In this document: piece by piece, positions 37,239 through 51,200 of the stretch
Layout: each line of letters opens with the position of its first letter
How positions within the stretch are numbered: the stretch's first letter is position 1
From: Podarcis liolepis
Taxonomy: Eukaryota
Assembly: GCA_965112155.1 (NCBI GenBank)
Contig: OZ218099.1
Direction: 5' to 3' (one strand)
DNA length: 64,000 nucleotides
The notes under the pieces: generated by a model
Told to the model about the DNA's origin: nothing
Seen by the model: the letters and a program-made list of their open reading frames with translations, nothing else
The model's database searches: none
Program-made: the position numbers and the translations under genes

Positions 37239-37653
37239 GCCTTAAAGTTTGAGATATCTATGCAGGAAATGTTTGTGCTCTCAAAATGTTTCCTTCACCT
37301 TCCATTCCCACATTTCTTCTTTGTTTCAGCTTTCCAAATTTGTTCCTGTGTACTCACCTTGGTGTGCTTTCCCTTTCCTAAGCATTTCTCTCAGGGTGTG
37401 GGTTCAGGTTTGCTTTATTAGAATGCTAAATACATGCTGCCACCCAAACACACTCCAGTTGATTGTGATGTGATATGCAGAAAAGGAGGGCCACACCCTG
37501 AGATGTCTCCATGGGATCGTGAAGTTGGAGTTGTGCAAGTTTGGAAACACCTCACCTCCCGCACCCAGAAGAAATCAAGTCATGTGTTCATATACTGAAT
37601 GAATGGAGATACATAAATTCAGCCATGCAACTATTTTTGTCAAAAGTCTAGTA

Positions 37654-37781
37654 CAAGGGTGGGGAAACTTGGGACCCTCCAAATACCATTGGGCTCCCAA
37701 CAGCCCCAGACAGCAAAGATACTAGTCAAGGATGATGAGAGTTCCAACCACATCTGGAGGGCCAGATGTTTCCTGTCCTTG
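37654..37781. mobile_element. Degenerate hAT MITE (related to 9194-9327)
   Basis: CAAGGGTGGGGAA..CCCTCCA...CATCTGGAGGGCC...TCCTTG inverted ends. Confidence 0.6.
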
Positions 37782-39954
37782 GAGTATGGATATGGAGTGG
37801 CTTGGAAAGGGGGTATGATGAGGGATTGGTCAGCTTGCCCTAACAAGCTAGGGTTGCTATGTGATGGCTAGTACCTAGAAACAGGAAATAGCATGCTAAT
37901 TGAGGACAGGACGCTGGACAGACTGTATCAGTTTTGAGATGATTATCCGTGATTCATCACACACAAACTATTTGGGACAGAGATAGCCGAAGAAGGCTTC
38001 AGGCATCACAAAGAGAATGGCAGCTGCTTTGTGCTCCTTGCCTTCTGTACATCTCAGCTCCATCCATGATAGAGCTTCCACATTTCCTCTCATCAAGAGT
38101 CACACAAGATCCTAATGTGGGGACCGCTTGTGCAACTTCCTCTGGAAGAGATGGATGTATTTTGGTTGTGGATGGACAAGCACAGGCAGGAAGCCCAAAT
38201 AGGAAAGGCTGCTTCATCCCCATGCCTGGAACCACGTTAAGGTCCATGGAACTACAGTTATCATGGGTCATGCGATCCCATGGATACATTCTGGGACATG
38301 ATATAATTTCATAACTCCTGAGCAAAAAGTGATATTTTTACTTTCCCAAAGTGAGGTGGGTGTTCCAAAAGCAAACAGTAAGTTTAGCATAGGCTTGAGC
38401 CTAAAGCCCCAATTTTACAGGAAAAACTTGTAGCTGCTTCATTTGAAAGCTCACTGCTTTTCATAATGTTCCAAATGGAAAGGGATGGTTAAATACGAAA
38501 ACTGCACAATAAGAGGTTTTTGCTTTTAATAATGTCTTAAGTCTCTGTATACATTCATCTCAAGTTTTGGAAAGGATTTAAACTATTTAAACTATTTAAA
38601 CATGCAGTTTTCTTCCCTGTATTCCAGGTTTGTTAGTAAGAACAAGAGCAGAGCCAGCCTTACTATTAGGCAAAGTGAGATGTCTTCTTTGGGCAGCTGG
38701 CTTTGGATGCCACGAAAGACCAGCAAAAGATTGGCAAGATGCATTTGTGGGATTTTTCTGCCTCTAGTGCCAAAACAACTGGCCTTGCGCACCATGTGCA
38801 TTGACTTGTGGGGCAGTCATTTGCTGATCATTCTTAAGCAGCAAAACAACATGAGCTGGTCAGGAGCATTGTGTCTAGAAGGGCTGGCCAGACAAAGCTT
38901 TATGATGCTGTCAAGGATAACTTGGGGGCCTGGTCTTCTATCTGCAGGTGAAATGTGGTGGTACTGCACTGATGGTTAAAATGATACTCAGCAATAAATC
39001 CTATCCCATGCTTGCTTGAACTATTTACTCAGCAGTAAACTCCACTGAATCCTGCAGAACTTAAAATGTGGTTAGGATTTGGATAGAACTTGGAACTATA
39101 GAATTAAGCAAAGATTAGCCTTGAGTCTTGTATAGGACATACTGTTTCATAAACTGGATGCAACACGAAAAAAGATTCGTACTGGATATTTATAATGCCT
39201 TTGTCACTATCTGTCTCCTATTGGGGATAATGTTGGCCTACCTCAGGGCTTTTAGGATTACTTTGATGTATGTGAAATAGTTTGAGCATTGGAAGTGTGA
39301 CATAAATGGTAATTTCATATTTCTCTGTGTCCACCTATTTCTTCAGTTGTCCACCTAGGCATACCAGGTGTTTGCAGGAGAGGGTGGGGGCTGTGTCCTT
39401 GTCATCTTCTGTGACAATCATCTTCAGCTCAACCGTAAAGCCGCCTTGTGCTTCAGATTGTTGCTCCCTACTTGGCTGTAGGCACTGCTGACCCCTCTTC
39501 AGGAAAAGCAAGATGAGAGGATTAGCTGTTCTGCATCTGATCAGACCTGTTCTTCTGGGCAGCTGCCATTTGTTGATATAGATGAGCAAGCAAGCCCAGA
39601 TAAAAACTTATTACCTTTATAAAAGGTAATACAAATGGCCACAGTCTACTCTATAGAAGACTCCCCTGTCTTTCCCATGGCAGTGCCAAAATCTTACCCC
39701 ATTCCTGCGCCTCAACGTCCCTTGACCAGTTCCTAATGCAATCTGTCCACTTCCTGTTTTCCTTGTAAACAAGTGGTGCTGCTTTTAGCAACATTGCAAC
39801 ACCAGAGATGTAGCCAGTTATTTCTGCTTGGCTCTGCATATGCTGGACTTCCCAGTTATAAGCTGCTTCGGGTTTTTGTTTTTAAGCAATTCATTCATGG
39901 TGGTGCCGTAAACCTCAGTTTGGACACAACAGCTGCTTTGGTGGTTCTGTAAGT

Positions 39955-40200
39955 ATGGAAAAGGGAGCTGCTGGATCAGGCCAATGGCCCATCTGGTCTA
40001 GCCTCCTGATCTGTCAGTGGCCACCCAGATGCCTGTGGGAAACCTACAAGGAGGACAAGAGCACAAGAGCCCTCTCCTCTCCTGCAACTTCCAGCATTTG
40101 GAATTCAGAAGCATTCCTGCCTCTGTGGCAGCAGATCCCAGTCATTATGGCTAGTAGCCATTGATGGCCTTCCTCTCAATGGATTTGTCAAATTTTCCTG
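39955..40200 (-). mobile_element. CR1-type LINE 3' terminal fragment
   Basis: GCTGGATCAGGCCAATGGCCCATCT...CAGTGGCCACCCAGATGCCT...GGCTAGTAGCCATTGATGGCCTT, a common squamate LINE end; family assignment from recall. Confidence 0.55.
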
Positions 40201-41811
40201 TCACTCCTAAGCAGGCTACACTGCATAGAAGAAACTGCTTTACACCAAGTCAGACCACTTGCCCATCTTGCTCAGTGCCAACTGCCCTGCCTAGAGATCC
40301 CAGGGATGAAACCTGGACCTTCTGCATACACCAGCACACCCACCCATGTGTGCCTCCCTCTACAACCATGTGACCCAGTTCATTCACAGATACATGAGGT
40401 CCTTTCATAGGAGCTGCTTTTATGATGGAGGACCAGCCCACACTCTTTGGCCAAGTCATTTCTCTGAGCTGGCTGCCATCAAGCCCAATGAGTGTGTGAA
40501 GGAAACTTTTTGAGAACTAGGTTATCATGATGGAGTTAGTTCTGTGGAAGGGCACCCTCTTTTGGTTTGGGCCTCGCACTGTTGCATTCCTAGTTGATAT
40601 TTCAAGGTTGTATTTGCCAGCTTTTAGCTGTAGTCCATTTAGGGTATGGTATGAAAATGCAAGACGTCAGGGTGTGACTTGGAGAGAGAGCACATTCTTG
40701 GCAGGAGCATATTATGACTACCTCTTGTTTGGAATCCTCCTCCTCCTCCTGTGTCTCTCAGCAAACTTGCCACTCAGTCTAGCTTAGGCACCGTCTAGGC
40801 CTTCATTGACTTAACCACAAGCAGCCCACAATAGCTTGCTAAAGCAATGAGGATATAAGGATACACATTACACATGTATATGACAGCCTGAGATCACAAT
40901 CAGACAGCAAGCATGGCCATCCTCTGGCCCAGGGACATGTGGTCCTCTCAGATCTTCCAGATCCCATCAGCCTCAGCCAGAATGGCCATTGGCCAGGGGT
41001 GGTGAGAATTGTACTCCAGCAACATTGGGAGAGCTTCTTCACCCTTGCTCTGACCTGACTTGAAGCAATGGTAGCCTTATGATCGTAGATTGTGGCTTCT
41101 GCAAAAGGGGGAAAAATTAAAGGGATTTGAAAACATGTGGAAAGCATGCCGCAATGTAGAGAGTGTGCACTTTGTAGGACTGTGAAGTAACTCTGGTAAA
41201 GAGGAAATTTTCAAGTTGTAATCACTAGTCCACAGCAGCAACGCATAGTTATTTCCCTTCCTGTAACCCTCTTGAGGTGTCGCTTGCCTGATGGGGGTAA
41301 ATGCAGTGAAAGGGGCAGAGGTGTTATGCATCTCCAACGTTATGCAGCTCCTTCTACTCCTCCTGTTGTCTGAACTTTGGAGGTGGGGAGCCTGCTCTCC
41401 ACATGGAGGTTCCCGGCGTGATTTAGAACCCTGGACCTTTGACTATGAAGGCCTTTGACTATGAGCTGCCTTGCACAGGCTGGAGGACTCGCCCACCCAC
41501 TCTGCAAAACATCATGTAGATTTCTGCATGGCCTGCCACTAATCCAAAGCAATTTGCCTCTCCTGCCCTCCTCCTCCATTTTGAATAGGAGCTCCCATTG
41601 CAACCTATTTATTTTCATGGTACAGAAGCTGCCTCTCAGATCCGGAGAAACCCCATGAAAAGAGAATGTTTTCTCCATAGCTATCCACCCTTTCCCTTAT
41701 AACCCATCACCAAACTCTTAACTTGCTTCTTCTTGTTTTATGAATCTCAACCAACAGTAACTAATTTTAAGGAGGGGGGGGGATTGATATTATTGTTCCT
41801 GTTGTTTAATC

Positions 41812-41957
41812 CAAGGATGGAGGAGCCATGGTCCTTCAGATGTTGTTGAGCTCCAACTCCAATCAGGCCCAGCCAGCAAGGCCAATGAAAAGGGATGTTG
41901 GGACTTGTCATCTGGCAACATCTGGGGGGGGGGGCGGACACAGCTTCCCCATCCCTA
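41812..41957. mobile_element. Degenerate hAT MITE (further partial copies near 40910-41048, 53654-53760, 58890-59100, 63325-63376)
   Basis: CAGATGTTG..CTCCAACTCC(C)ATCAG.CCCAGCCAGCA..GGCCAATG...GGGA.TTGT...CAACATCTGG palindromic core. Confidence 0.65.
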
Positions 41958-44900
41958 TTTTAAGTGTTCTTTCTTGGGGACATTAAGACTCTTGCTCATG
42001 CACATCCCCAGAGTTAGTAAGCCATAGCAAACACGTATATTGTATGATTATAAAAGCAGGAGTGGGAGGTTCAGAAGCCTTTGGCACCAATAGGAACAAA
42101 CATTTCTACTGAATTTCACAAGCATCAGTATTTGAGAGGGATTTTCCAGGAGTTGTCATCCTTGCCCTGCCTTGTGGATTTTAATCTCTATGGTTTATAT
42201 TAATAATTAATTTTTTCCAATAAATCAACAGTTGCTGGGCACTGCTCAACCAGTTGAACCACTTATTTCTAGACTACCACCTGTCTACAGTTGGTTGTGA
42301 GTCTTCTCCCCCCCCCCCCGCCTTTCATAACTATGACTACAATAAAGGGGAAACAATTATCAGTGCTTTTCTACACAAGTGTTTTGCTGTCTTGAGTATG
42401 AATCTTGGCAACCTAGGATCCATTTCTGATATATCAGGTTTATATCCCCCTCCCCCATTTTTTTGCAGTAGGTTTCTCCCCAGAGAAGAGCTGTTGTGTT
42501 AATATTGAATCTTCCCTGTATGTGCAATGCAAGGTGGCTTCACACACGATTTTTCAGAAGGGAGTTGGTTGTGGGTTATGTTTTAATGCCCAAGTGTTCC
42601 AGCTGTATTGAGTGTCATGTCATCGAGCATTAACCCTTCCTAACAGTAGCGTCTATCCCCCCTTGTAAGTCAAATCTTACACAAGGAGCTGGGCAGCTCG
42701 TGGTTTTCTCTAGCCCACCAAGTGGGAAGGGTATGACTGAGCTGGCCTTGGTTGCAAGCCCAAGCAAAAGGAGAAGCTTTGGCCATTGGCTAGGCCTCCT
42801 TAGGGAGTCATCCTACATGACATATAAGAATGCTTTGAGGTGAATGAGGGATAATCCTGCATTTGCACAACTGGGTGCTGTTCATCAAAATGCAGAAGAC
42901 TCAAAGCTGGATATCTCAATGGAAAACCACCTGGGGAAGTGAAAGCAGGCAGGGAGGCACCAGAAGGGCTGAGCCCTGTTTTCTGCCAGCTTCCAGCTAC
43001 CTAGCCAGAGATCCAGTATAGCCTTATCTGACAACAAAGAGGGACTGTTTGCTCTGCAAATAGAATAAACCAGCTAAGTGTCAAAATGAGGGTCCAAGGA
43101 TCATGTGGAGTGTTGGAGTAGATGCACAGATGCCAATGGGAAATCTGGCCTGTATGCCTGTTTGCAATCATTTTAAAGGAGACAAAAATATATTTCCTCC
43201 ATCCTTATTTTCTCCATGCACTGGAGCCAACTCCAGGGGCTACGGCTGCTTCGACACCCGCAGTAGTATACTTGTGGGGCTGGGCCCCACAAAGTCAGTG
43301 GGCAAAGTTGCAGCCCTTTGTTTCGGGCACCCACAATCTTTGGTGCGAGATGGCATCTATGTCTCCATGCATGCACCCAAGGGGTGGCCTACTACTTCTT
43401 CTTTTTTAAATAATTTTTATTAACAGGCCAACCACACCACATTGTTCAAATCACATTGGTTCCAAATTATACAGCCAATTTTTAATTTTTTGGGGGGTAC
43501 CCATATATCAAGCTCTGCACGAGTCCAAAATTCCGGATAACTCCAGACATCACTTATTTTACTGCATTAATTAATCAAGGGGTGGCCTACTTCAGTATTA
43601 ACTTACTGTACATGCCCAAATTCTTGCACATGAGCTGTAAGCTGCCAAAGTGCCAAGTGGACCCTTTCGTGACATGCAAGGATGAAGCATTTTAAGAACT
43701 TTGCTGTGAACATGAACACAGAACAGTCAAGCAAGCTATGCTAGGCTGCCAGTCGTAGTCTGAGCCCTCCTCACTGGTCTGCGGCCTTCCAATACAAGGT
43801 CCTCAGGTTTGTGTTGTGTATACATTACACAGCAGCAAACACAGGATTACCCAGCAAGTGAGGCATCCAATTGGAGCCAACCTCAGGCCTGTAGGACACA
43901 GCCTACAAGGACATGCTTGTTCCATTTGCACATGATATTCTAGGCATGTGTCTAGAGATACATAATGTGTGAGGAAGCCTAGACTTCCTGAGGAATGTTT
44001 TCTTGAGGCTTAAAACATTTTCTAATTGGAGGTTGAAGAATTTATTGGCGCGTGCATTTGCTACTCAAAAGGTGGAGCGTTAAGCGTTATTCTTCAGCAG
44101 ACTGTTCCTATTACGTGAGAGTTCAGAGGAGAAGTGGAGAACCTTTTCTCAACATTACCTCATAGGCCACCTTCCAGGGGCTGTGTACCAGTGGTGGGTG
44201 TGGCCAAAGCGAGTGTGTTCTCACACCCACCCACCCACCCCTATCCATCCTCTATCCAGGCAAATGAGGGATTACCACAGATTAAGGGCACATTCTTGCC
44301 TGATCACAAGCTTGCCTGATGGGACAATTCCCCTCCCCATGTGCTGTTCTGGGGGTTCTCCCACCTCCATTTCGGGGGGGGGAGCCCCACTGTGCTAGCA
44401 GATGTCCTTACTCAGGGCTTCTGTTGATGGGATGCCTTAGGTAAATCCTTCCCAGAGAGTCCACTCTTGCCCCTGTAGATGTGTTGTGACTCATGACTCC
44501 CCTGTGTGTAGACTTACTTGCTGCACAACCACTTACACTGTTTTCTAATTGGAAGAGAGTTGTGGTCCTTGGGGGAGCCTGGCAGCAGAGGCTGTGGCAC
44601 TTCTTCGCAGCTGGAGCCTTCTAAGGTCAGGTGGACTGCTATTCAGGGGCTCCCCGCTGACTCTGTCCTTGAGGGAATCACCCCCTGACTCCACTGCCTA
44701 CATGCCAAGATCTCTGAAATCATAAGCTGGCACCCCGCACTGGAGGCCCAAGAACAGAATGAGGAAGTGGGCAAGGCTGCATTGGAAGAAAGGTGCGACA
44801 GAAGAGGAGGGGAACATTTCACCCTCCCCCCCTTTTTTTTGCAAAGGCTGCATGAATGTACGCTGTTGGAGGGCGGCCTGCTGGCTCCTGTGGCTCTCTG

Positions 44901-46630
44901 AGCTTGCCTGGCGCACAAAGGGAGAGAGGAGCGCCCCAGAGGTCTATGGTGTACATTTGGCTAAAAGCTTGTAGCAACAGCCCTAGAGACTGTTTCCAAT
45001 ACACTCCGAGCAGATGGCTTGGAGAAAGGGCAATTAGGCTATAATTCTCTGCTTAATTGTATGTCTTGCGCTTTTCCACTGTAAGGTGGAGGGGGAGGGA
45101 GGCGAGAGCAGCTGAGGGAGCCAAGCTGAGCGTTTAGAAAGGAGCTTGCCTCTGCCCAAACACACAATAATCCCTCTGACCCAGCTCCCTCCCACTTCAT
45201 ACAAGCTGAACTCGACTCCACTTGCCAAATTATTTACTCCAGGGTTGCTTGGTTTTATTGTTGCAAATGCTCGACTCCCAGGATGTGTGTGTTTCCCCTC
45301 CTCCAGTCTCCTAACATTTCGTAGCTAGTTAAAGGAGCAAAGTTCAGCATTGCATGCAAAAGGTAAAAAAGAAGAAGCTATGGGGCAGGCTTTGGAAAGA
45401 GGTGGGGGAAGCACTTCCTCCCCCTGTGGGATCAATTGCAGGGCAAGTTCTAAAAGGCCAGAGACATTTAGCTTCCTGAAAGCATGATTGATGTATATAG
45501 TCTGTAGGGGGAAATGCTTTTGGCCTCGGCTGTATGTACAGAAATGTTCAAGTCTTGCCTGCATCCAACCAACCAACCAACCCACTCAGAGTAACCTGAT
45601 TCAACAGTAAACAGGCCTCCATCCCTCCCTTGTTGCCCTGGACACCTTGCATAGCTGCTGGAATTCCACACACAGCAAGTCACGTTAGAGAGAGAACCCC
45701 CCCCTCCCCGCGGAAATTCCCTCCTCTGCCCATCTGCTAAAGGCACAGGATCCCCATCGTTCTCTGCACATGCCCACTTTCAACTCAGAACCTGTCGTTA
45801 GTACTTGGCTGCATGAGGACATTGTGGGCCTAGCTGTCACCGCCTCTGGGTGGGACAAGACTTTCAGCTGGTGCAGAATCCTGCTCCCTTCCTATTGGAG
45901 GGTTGGGTGGCCCCAGCTGCACTGTTGGACACTTTGCCTCCTCATCACTTTCCTAAAAGCAAAAAGTGGTTGGTTGATTTTCTAAAGCAGATTTGTTGCA
46001 CTAGGCAACAGAGCACTTTAATCACCTTACCCAGGGAGAGATAAAAATCCATTTTTCCCTTTTACCAGACACTAGATACCTGTGTTCTATAAAAGAAGTG
46101 TGGTGGCATTGTTCTTCTCATGACTCTGTAGTGATAATATATCATGTTCTGTCTTCAATATGAGTAAGGATCAGGAGTTCAAATGGTCGTTCATTTGATA
46201 TTTCTAATATATAAGCCAAGAATGTGGAACAAGCATTGGGCAAGGGATCACATCATGAGGATACAGTGTGCTCCAAAAGTGATGGCTGGAGGTTATTGCC
46301 TTGCCTAGCTATTGCCTTGGGTATCCTGACTGGATGTGACTCTGATGTCCTCGTGATTGACATTGTGCAACCGCTACTATCTTCTGTAGCATCCGCCAGA
46401 TTCTGTGGAAACTGCTGTCAATGCAGAATGGAGGAAGAACCCCTGGGGTCCTAACTAAGGCAAACACAGGGAAGCCTGCTCCTTCTCAATTGCCCTTTGT
46501 GGAGAAATGCGCTTTTTAAGTTTTGTAAGGGGCGAGGAAAGCAGGGAAAGGATCTGCTGCCCCTCCCCCCCCATGACGAGGGTTTAGGACCCATTTGTCT
46601 GTCCTCAACTCTCAAACTACTGGGAGGTAG

Positions 46631-47831
46631 GGATCTCTCAGCGGCGTTTGATACCATCGACCATAGCATCCTCCTGGACCGTCTTGAGGGGCTGGGAGCT
46701 GGGGGCACTGTTATACAGTGGTTCCGCTTCTTCCTCCTGGGCCGTGTTCAGAAAGTGGTGGTGGGGGATGAGTGTTCAGACCCCTGGGCTCTCACTTGTG
46801 GGGTGCCTCAGGGTTCTGTCCTCTCCCCCATGCTTTTCAACATTTATATGCAGCCGCTGGGAGAGATCATCAGGAGGTTTGGGCTGGGTGTTCATCAGTA
46901 TGCAGATGATACCCAGCTCTACCTCTCTTTTAAATCAGAACCAGTGAAGGCGGTGAAGGTCCTGCGTGAGTGTCTGGAGGCGGTTGGAGGATGGATGGCA
47001 GCTAACAGATTGAGGTTGAATCCTGACAAGACAGAAGTACTGTTTTTGGGGGACAGGAGGCGGGCAGGTGTGGAGGATTCCCTGGTCCTGAATGGGGTAA
47101 CTGTGCCCCTGAAGGACCAGGTGTGCAGCCTGGGAGTCATTTTGGACTCACAGCTGTCCATGGAGGCACAGGTCAAATCTGTATCCAGGGCAGCTGTTTA
47201 CCAGCTCCATCTGGTACGTAGGCTGAGACCCTATCTGCCTGCGGACTGTCTCGCCAGAGTGGTGCATGCTGTGGTTATCTCCCACTTGGACTACTGCAAT
47301 GCACTCTGCGTGGGGCTACCTTTGAAGGTGACTCGGAAACTACAACTAATCCAGAATGCGGCAGCTAGACTGGTGACTGGGGGCGGCCGCCGAGACCATA
47401 TAACACCGGTCTTGAAAGACCTACATTGGCTCCCAGTACGTTTCCGAGCACAATTCAAAGTGTTGGTGCTGACCTTTAAAGCCCTAAACAGCCTCGGTCC
47501 AGTATACCTGAAGGAGCGTCTCCACCCCCATCATTCTGCCCGGACGCTGAGGTCCAGTGCCGAGGGCCTTCTGGCGGTTCCCTCATTGCGAGAAGCAAAG
47601 CTACAGGGAACCAGGCAGAGGGCCTTCTCGGTAGTGGCGCCCGCCCTGTGGAACGCCCTTCCAGCAGATGTCAAAGCGAAAGACAACTACCTGACATTCA
47701 GAAGACATCTTAAGGCAGCCCTGTTCAGGGAAGTTTTTAACGTGTGATATTTTACTGTATTTTTGGTTTCTATGGAAGCCGCCCAGAGTGGCTGGGGAGG
47801 CCCAGCCAGATGGGCGGGGTATAAATAATAA

Positions 47832-47832
<1 letters not shown>
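46631..47832 (+). mobile_element. 5'-truncated young L2 LINE with uninterrupted RT C-terminal frame and 3' UTR
   Basis: DLSAAFDTIDH, GVPQGSVLSPMLFNIYM, YADDTQLY (46899-46910), LNPDKTE, HITPVLKDLHWLPVRFRAQFK; stop at 47745-47747; 3' UTR ends GGGCGGGGTATAAATAATAAA followed by (ATT)n. Confidence 0.95.

Positions 47833-47875
<43 letters not shown>
47833..47875. repeat. (ATT)n tail of the L2
   Basis: direct reading. Confidence 0.95.
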
Positions 47876-48258
47876 CAGGGAGAAATTATTTTCAAATGCA
47901 TGTTCCAAAACAGTAGGCGAACCGAAACACAGCCACCTGTCAAAATTCACACTTCTGCGAATTTTGAGGGCAACTAGTGTTTACAAAACGAACGTACTAG
48001 AGTAAAGTATGAATATAAAGTACATAAATTAATCAAAATAACATGAAAAATGTATTACATTAGAGAAAATTGCTTTGCAAAAAAAGTGCATATTGGGTAA
48101 AATAGCATACAAAAATGTGTATGTTATGAGAAATTTGCACTAAAATGCAAAAGAGGATTCAAAATAATAACAATAATTGCAAACTAATGTTAAAGTGTGC
48201 AGAACTGAACTCGAGAGTAACTGGGAGAAACTGAAATGGACAGAATCATTCTTCCCTA
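47876..48258. mobile_element. AT-rich non-autonomous DNA-transposon-like repeat
   Basis: GAACCGAAACACAGCCA...AAAATTCACACTTCT...GAAACTGAAATGGACAGA..CTTCCCTA, a recurrent lizard repeat; family uncertain. Confidence 0.45.
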
Positions 48259-51200
48259 TGGGAGAAATGCAAAATGCCACAAATGTTGGGCTGACCTACT
48301 CCAAGATAGCTTGGATGACGAATGCCCAGCAGATTTGCAAAGGGTCCATACTTTGACCCAACCCCCATTTCTGTTGTGCAAGGAGGTTGCTGGCAAGAGA
48401 GTCTGCTGCCGTGCTGTTGGCTGTGCCAGGCATGCTTGGGCAATGCCTCGCTCCCCAGGGTGCAGCTTTTTCGCCTGCCTGTCTCCCTTCTCCTCCTCCC
48501 CTGCCTGGCATAGGTGTGCCCTGCTGATAGAAAGCCCTGCCAGGCAGGAGAGGAATCAGGGGAACACCCTGCTTTTCATGCCTTCTGCTGTGAAGGAGGA
48601 ACGAGTTCAGAGGAATGAGTATGCCAATATGCAAAAGGTGGTGCCCTGCACTGCCAGCTCATACACTTTAATCTTGATTTCCATCGTTTTGTGGGCTTGT
48701 AGAAACCTGAAGTTCCATGTGAAATTAAGAGCTTCAGATTCCATTTTTAAAATGCTTTTGGTTCTCACAGATGCAGAGAAAAAGGATTAAAAGTGGGATT
48801 AAAAGCAAGTGACCTAAATGCTCAGAACACAAAATGCATTTTTTTTTAAAAAAAATCCTTTATCCATTTTATTCTTAAAGATAATCATCTGAATTTTTAA
48901 AAAGCCATTTCATTTATACAGACAAACAGAGAGGGAGAGAGGAATGATGTCTAGGAGATAAGACTGTAGACCTTTTGCTTGGAGCGGTGGCAGAATGAAG
49001 TGACGTATTATGGGACACATCACCCTTCCCCAACGTGGTGCCCATGCTGGCTGAGGCTGATGAAATTTGTAGTCCAAAACTCCAGGTCGGCAAGAGAGGA
49101 AGGCTGGAATACATTGAAAATGGTAGAGCAGGTTAATATAGTAAAAGGAAGAGGGCTAGTCTTTATTTTCATTTTTAAATTTTAGATTCTATGGGGTGGT
49201 TTTTAATATATATATTGGGAGAGATTCTCCAACATCAGTTTAGTCAGGTGGCGAGAAACGGCATTGCATCCTGCCCCTTTTGTGCCCCCATGTTTGCAAA
49301 TGTCTCCCCCTGTGCTCTGCTTCTCGTTCCTAAGCCCCATCTGGCAGCATGCATTCTCATTCATGCGCACAAGGCAGGCCTGGCAAAATAAGCTTGTGGC
49401 GATTCAGCATTTGCATGGTTTCCCTGAAATGCTGATTCAGCCCATGTGGAGGAAAGGGGGGAAAGGTGGTGAGAAACATGCCATTCTGCTGGATCGTCAT
49501 TCCTCTGCTTTGTCTTTGTGCTGCGATGGGTGAAGGGCAGGCAGATGAACCTCTCCAGGGCAAATGCTCGCCTCTTGCACAGAGGGGCAGGGCATGCGAC
49601 ACACATACCAGCTCCACAGGCATGTCTTTCCTAATCAAGAACAGCTTGTTGCATTATCCGCCCCCTGACCACCCCTTGACGTTGCCTCTAAGATGGTTTG
49701 CTGCTTAAATTTAACCAAAGGCGGGTTTGAGATCACATGGGCCATCTGCAGACAGTAGGTAGCATCACAAATGTGCAGTTTTCATTTGTGTTGCAAAGGG
49801 CTCTGTTTTGAGGTGGGGTTTGGTCACATACCAACAAATTCAGGCAGTGCAATTCTAGTTGATTGGGAGGTCTTTCACAAACGACTCTCCTTCCCAAAAG
49901 ATCAGGCTTCTTGCAATAAGGGAAGTGGCAGAGAAGTGCGCTAGAAATGCAATGCCCCTAATCTCCAGAATGAATGACAAGTAGTTAGCTTCATCTGCTC
50001 CTCTGCAAGTAAGTCAGGATGGATGCTCAATAACATGAGTTTGAGAGTGCTCAGAGTATCCAGACATTTTGTCTTAGGACAGCATTTATATTGCTGAACA
50101 TCACATTTTCAAAACACTCCAAACCAGAATATTTTGCTGCTAGGAAAATACTATTCCCATCCACCCTTCCCCAACCTAGTGCAATCAGTTACAATTGGGA
50201 GTGCTGCAGGGAATGTGACTGAACAAGTATCACAAACACCTATTGGACTGTGCCTGTACCATCACTGCCTTTGCTTATTTTTAAAGAACTTCTTGAAGGC
50301 CACACAACCCTCGGCTGTATCATGCATATATTGATGTGCTCACATAGTGCAAGGTTCTTGTTTCGTGGTAAGCATGAGCATGGCTAGCCCTACCTTCACA
50401 GAAATGGTGGAACAGTTTTGCCTAGCTGCTTTCTGACTCACCCATTTTGTGGAGATGGGATATTGTGCTATTGGCAGCAGATCTGGGTTAATATTTAGTA
50501 TGGGCAGCACTTAAAGATTCTGTATCAGATTGAGCAAGTGGTCTGATTCTATCAGAAATATTTTCCCCAGTGTTCAAAGGCACCCCCTCCCAATGTAAAT
50601 GTGCAGAGGAATGCAGCTTCAGTTACACTTGCATCCTATTCATTTCAGCTAGCATATCTCATTGATTTCAGTTGGTGTTTAAGGATACTGATCGTTCTCT
50701 GGATTGAGAAAAATCTGTTTCTGGTGGTGGTGGTAGTTTTGATTATCTTAAAATCTCTATAACTGACCCTGAATCTTTCTTACAATGAAGAATATTACTA
50801 GTCCAAACCCACTCAACAAACTGCTAGCTGAGAACGTACAAAGAGGAAAAAACTTCTTCCACAAAATCATGGAGAAGGTAAGATAATGATTCATTTCATT
50901 TCAATACCACTTTATATTTTTAAGAAAAATCTCAAAGCAGTTCACAGCACATTAAAACATCAATAAAACAATCCAGAATAACACATTACTGAAGAAAGTC
51001 AAATATAAAGTATACAGACAGAGCAACACAATTAACAGAAGCTAAAATATTATCTTAAAGATATCAAAATAAAACATTACAAAGGTCAACTACAGAATAC
51101 ATATTTAACACAAACAAAGTTAACAAAAAAATCTTAGACATTTCAAAAGAGAGCATATCTGTGTGCAATGGCAGGTTCCATGCACGTATGTGTCTTGAAG

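Noticed and set aside
46497-46630. N-terminal extension of the 416-aa ORF as a chimeric gene
   Set aside because: Starts at GTG in flanking DNA; it is chance read-in to the truncated L2 frame.
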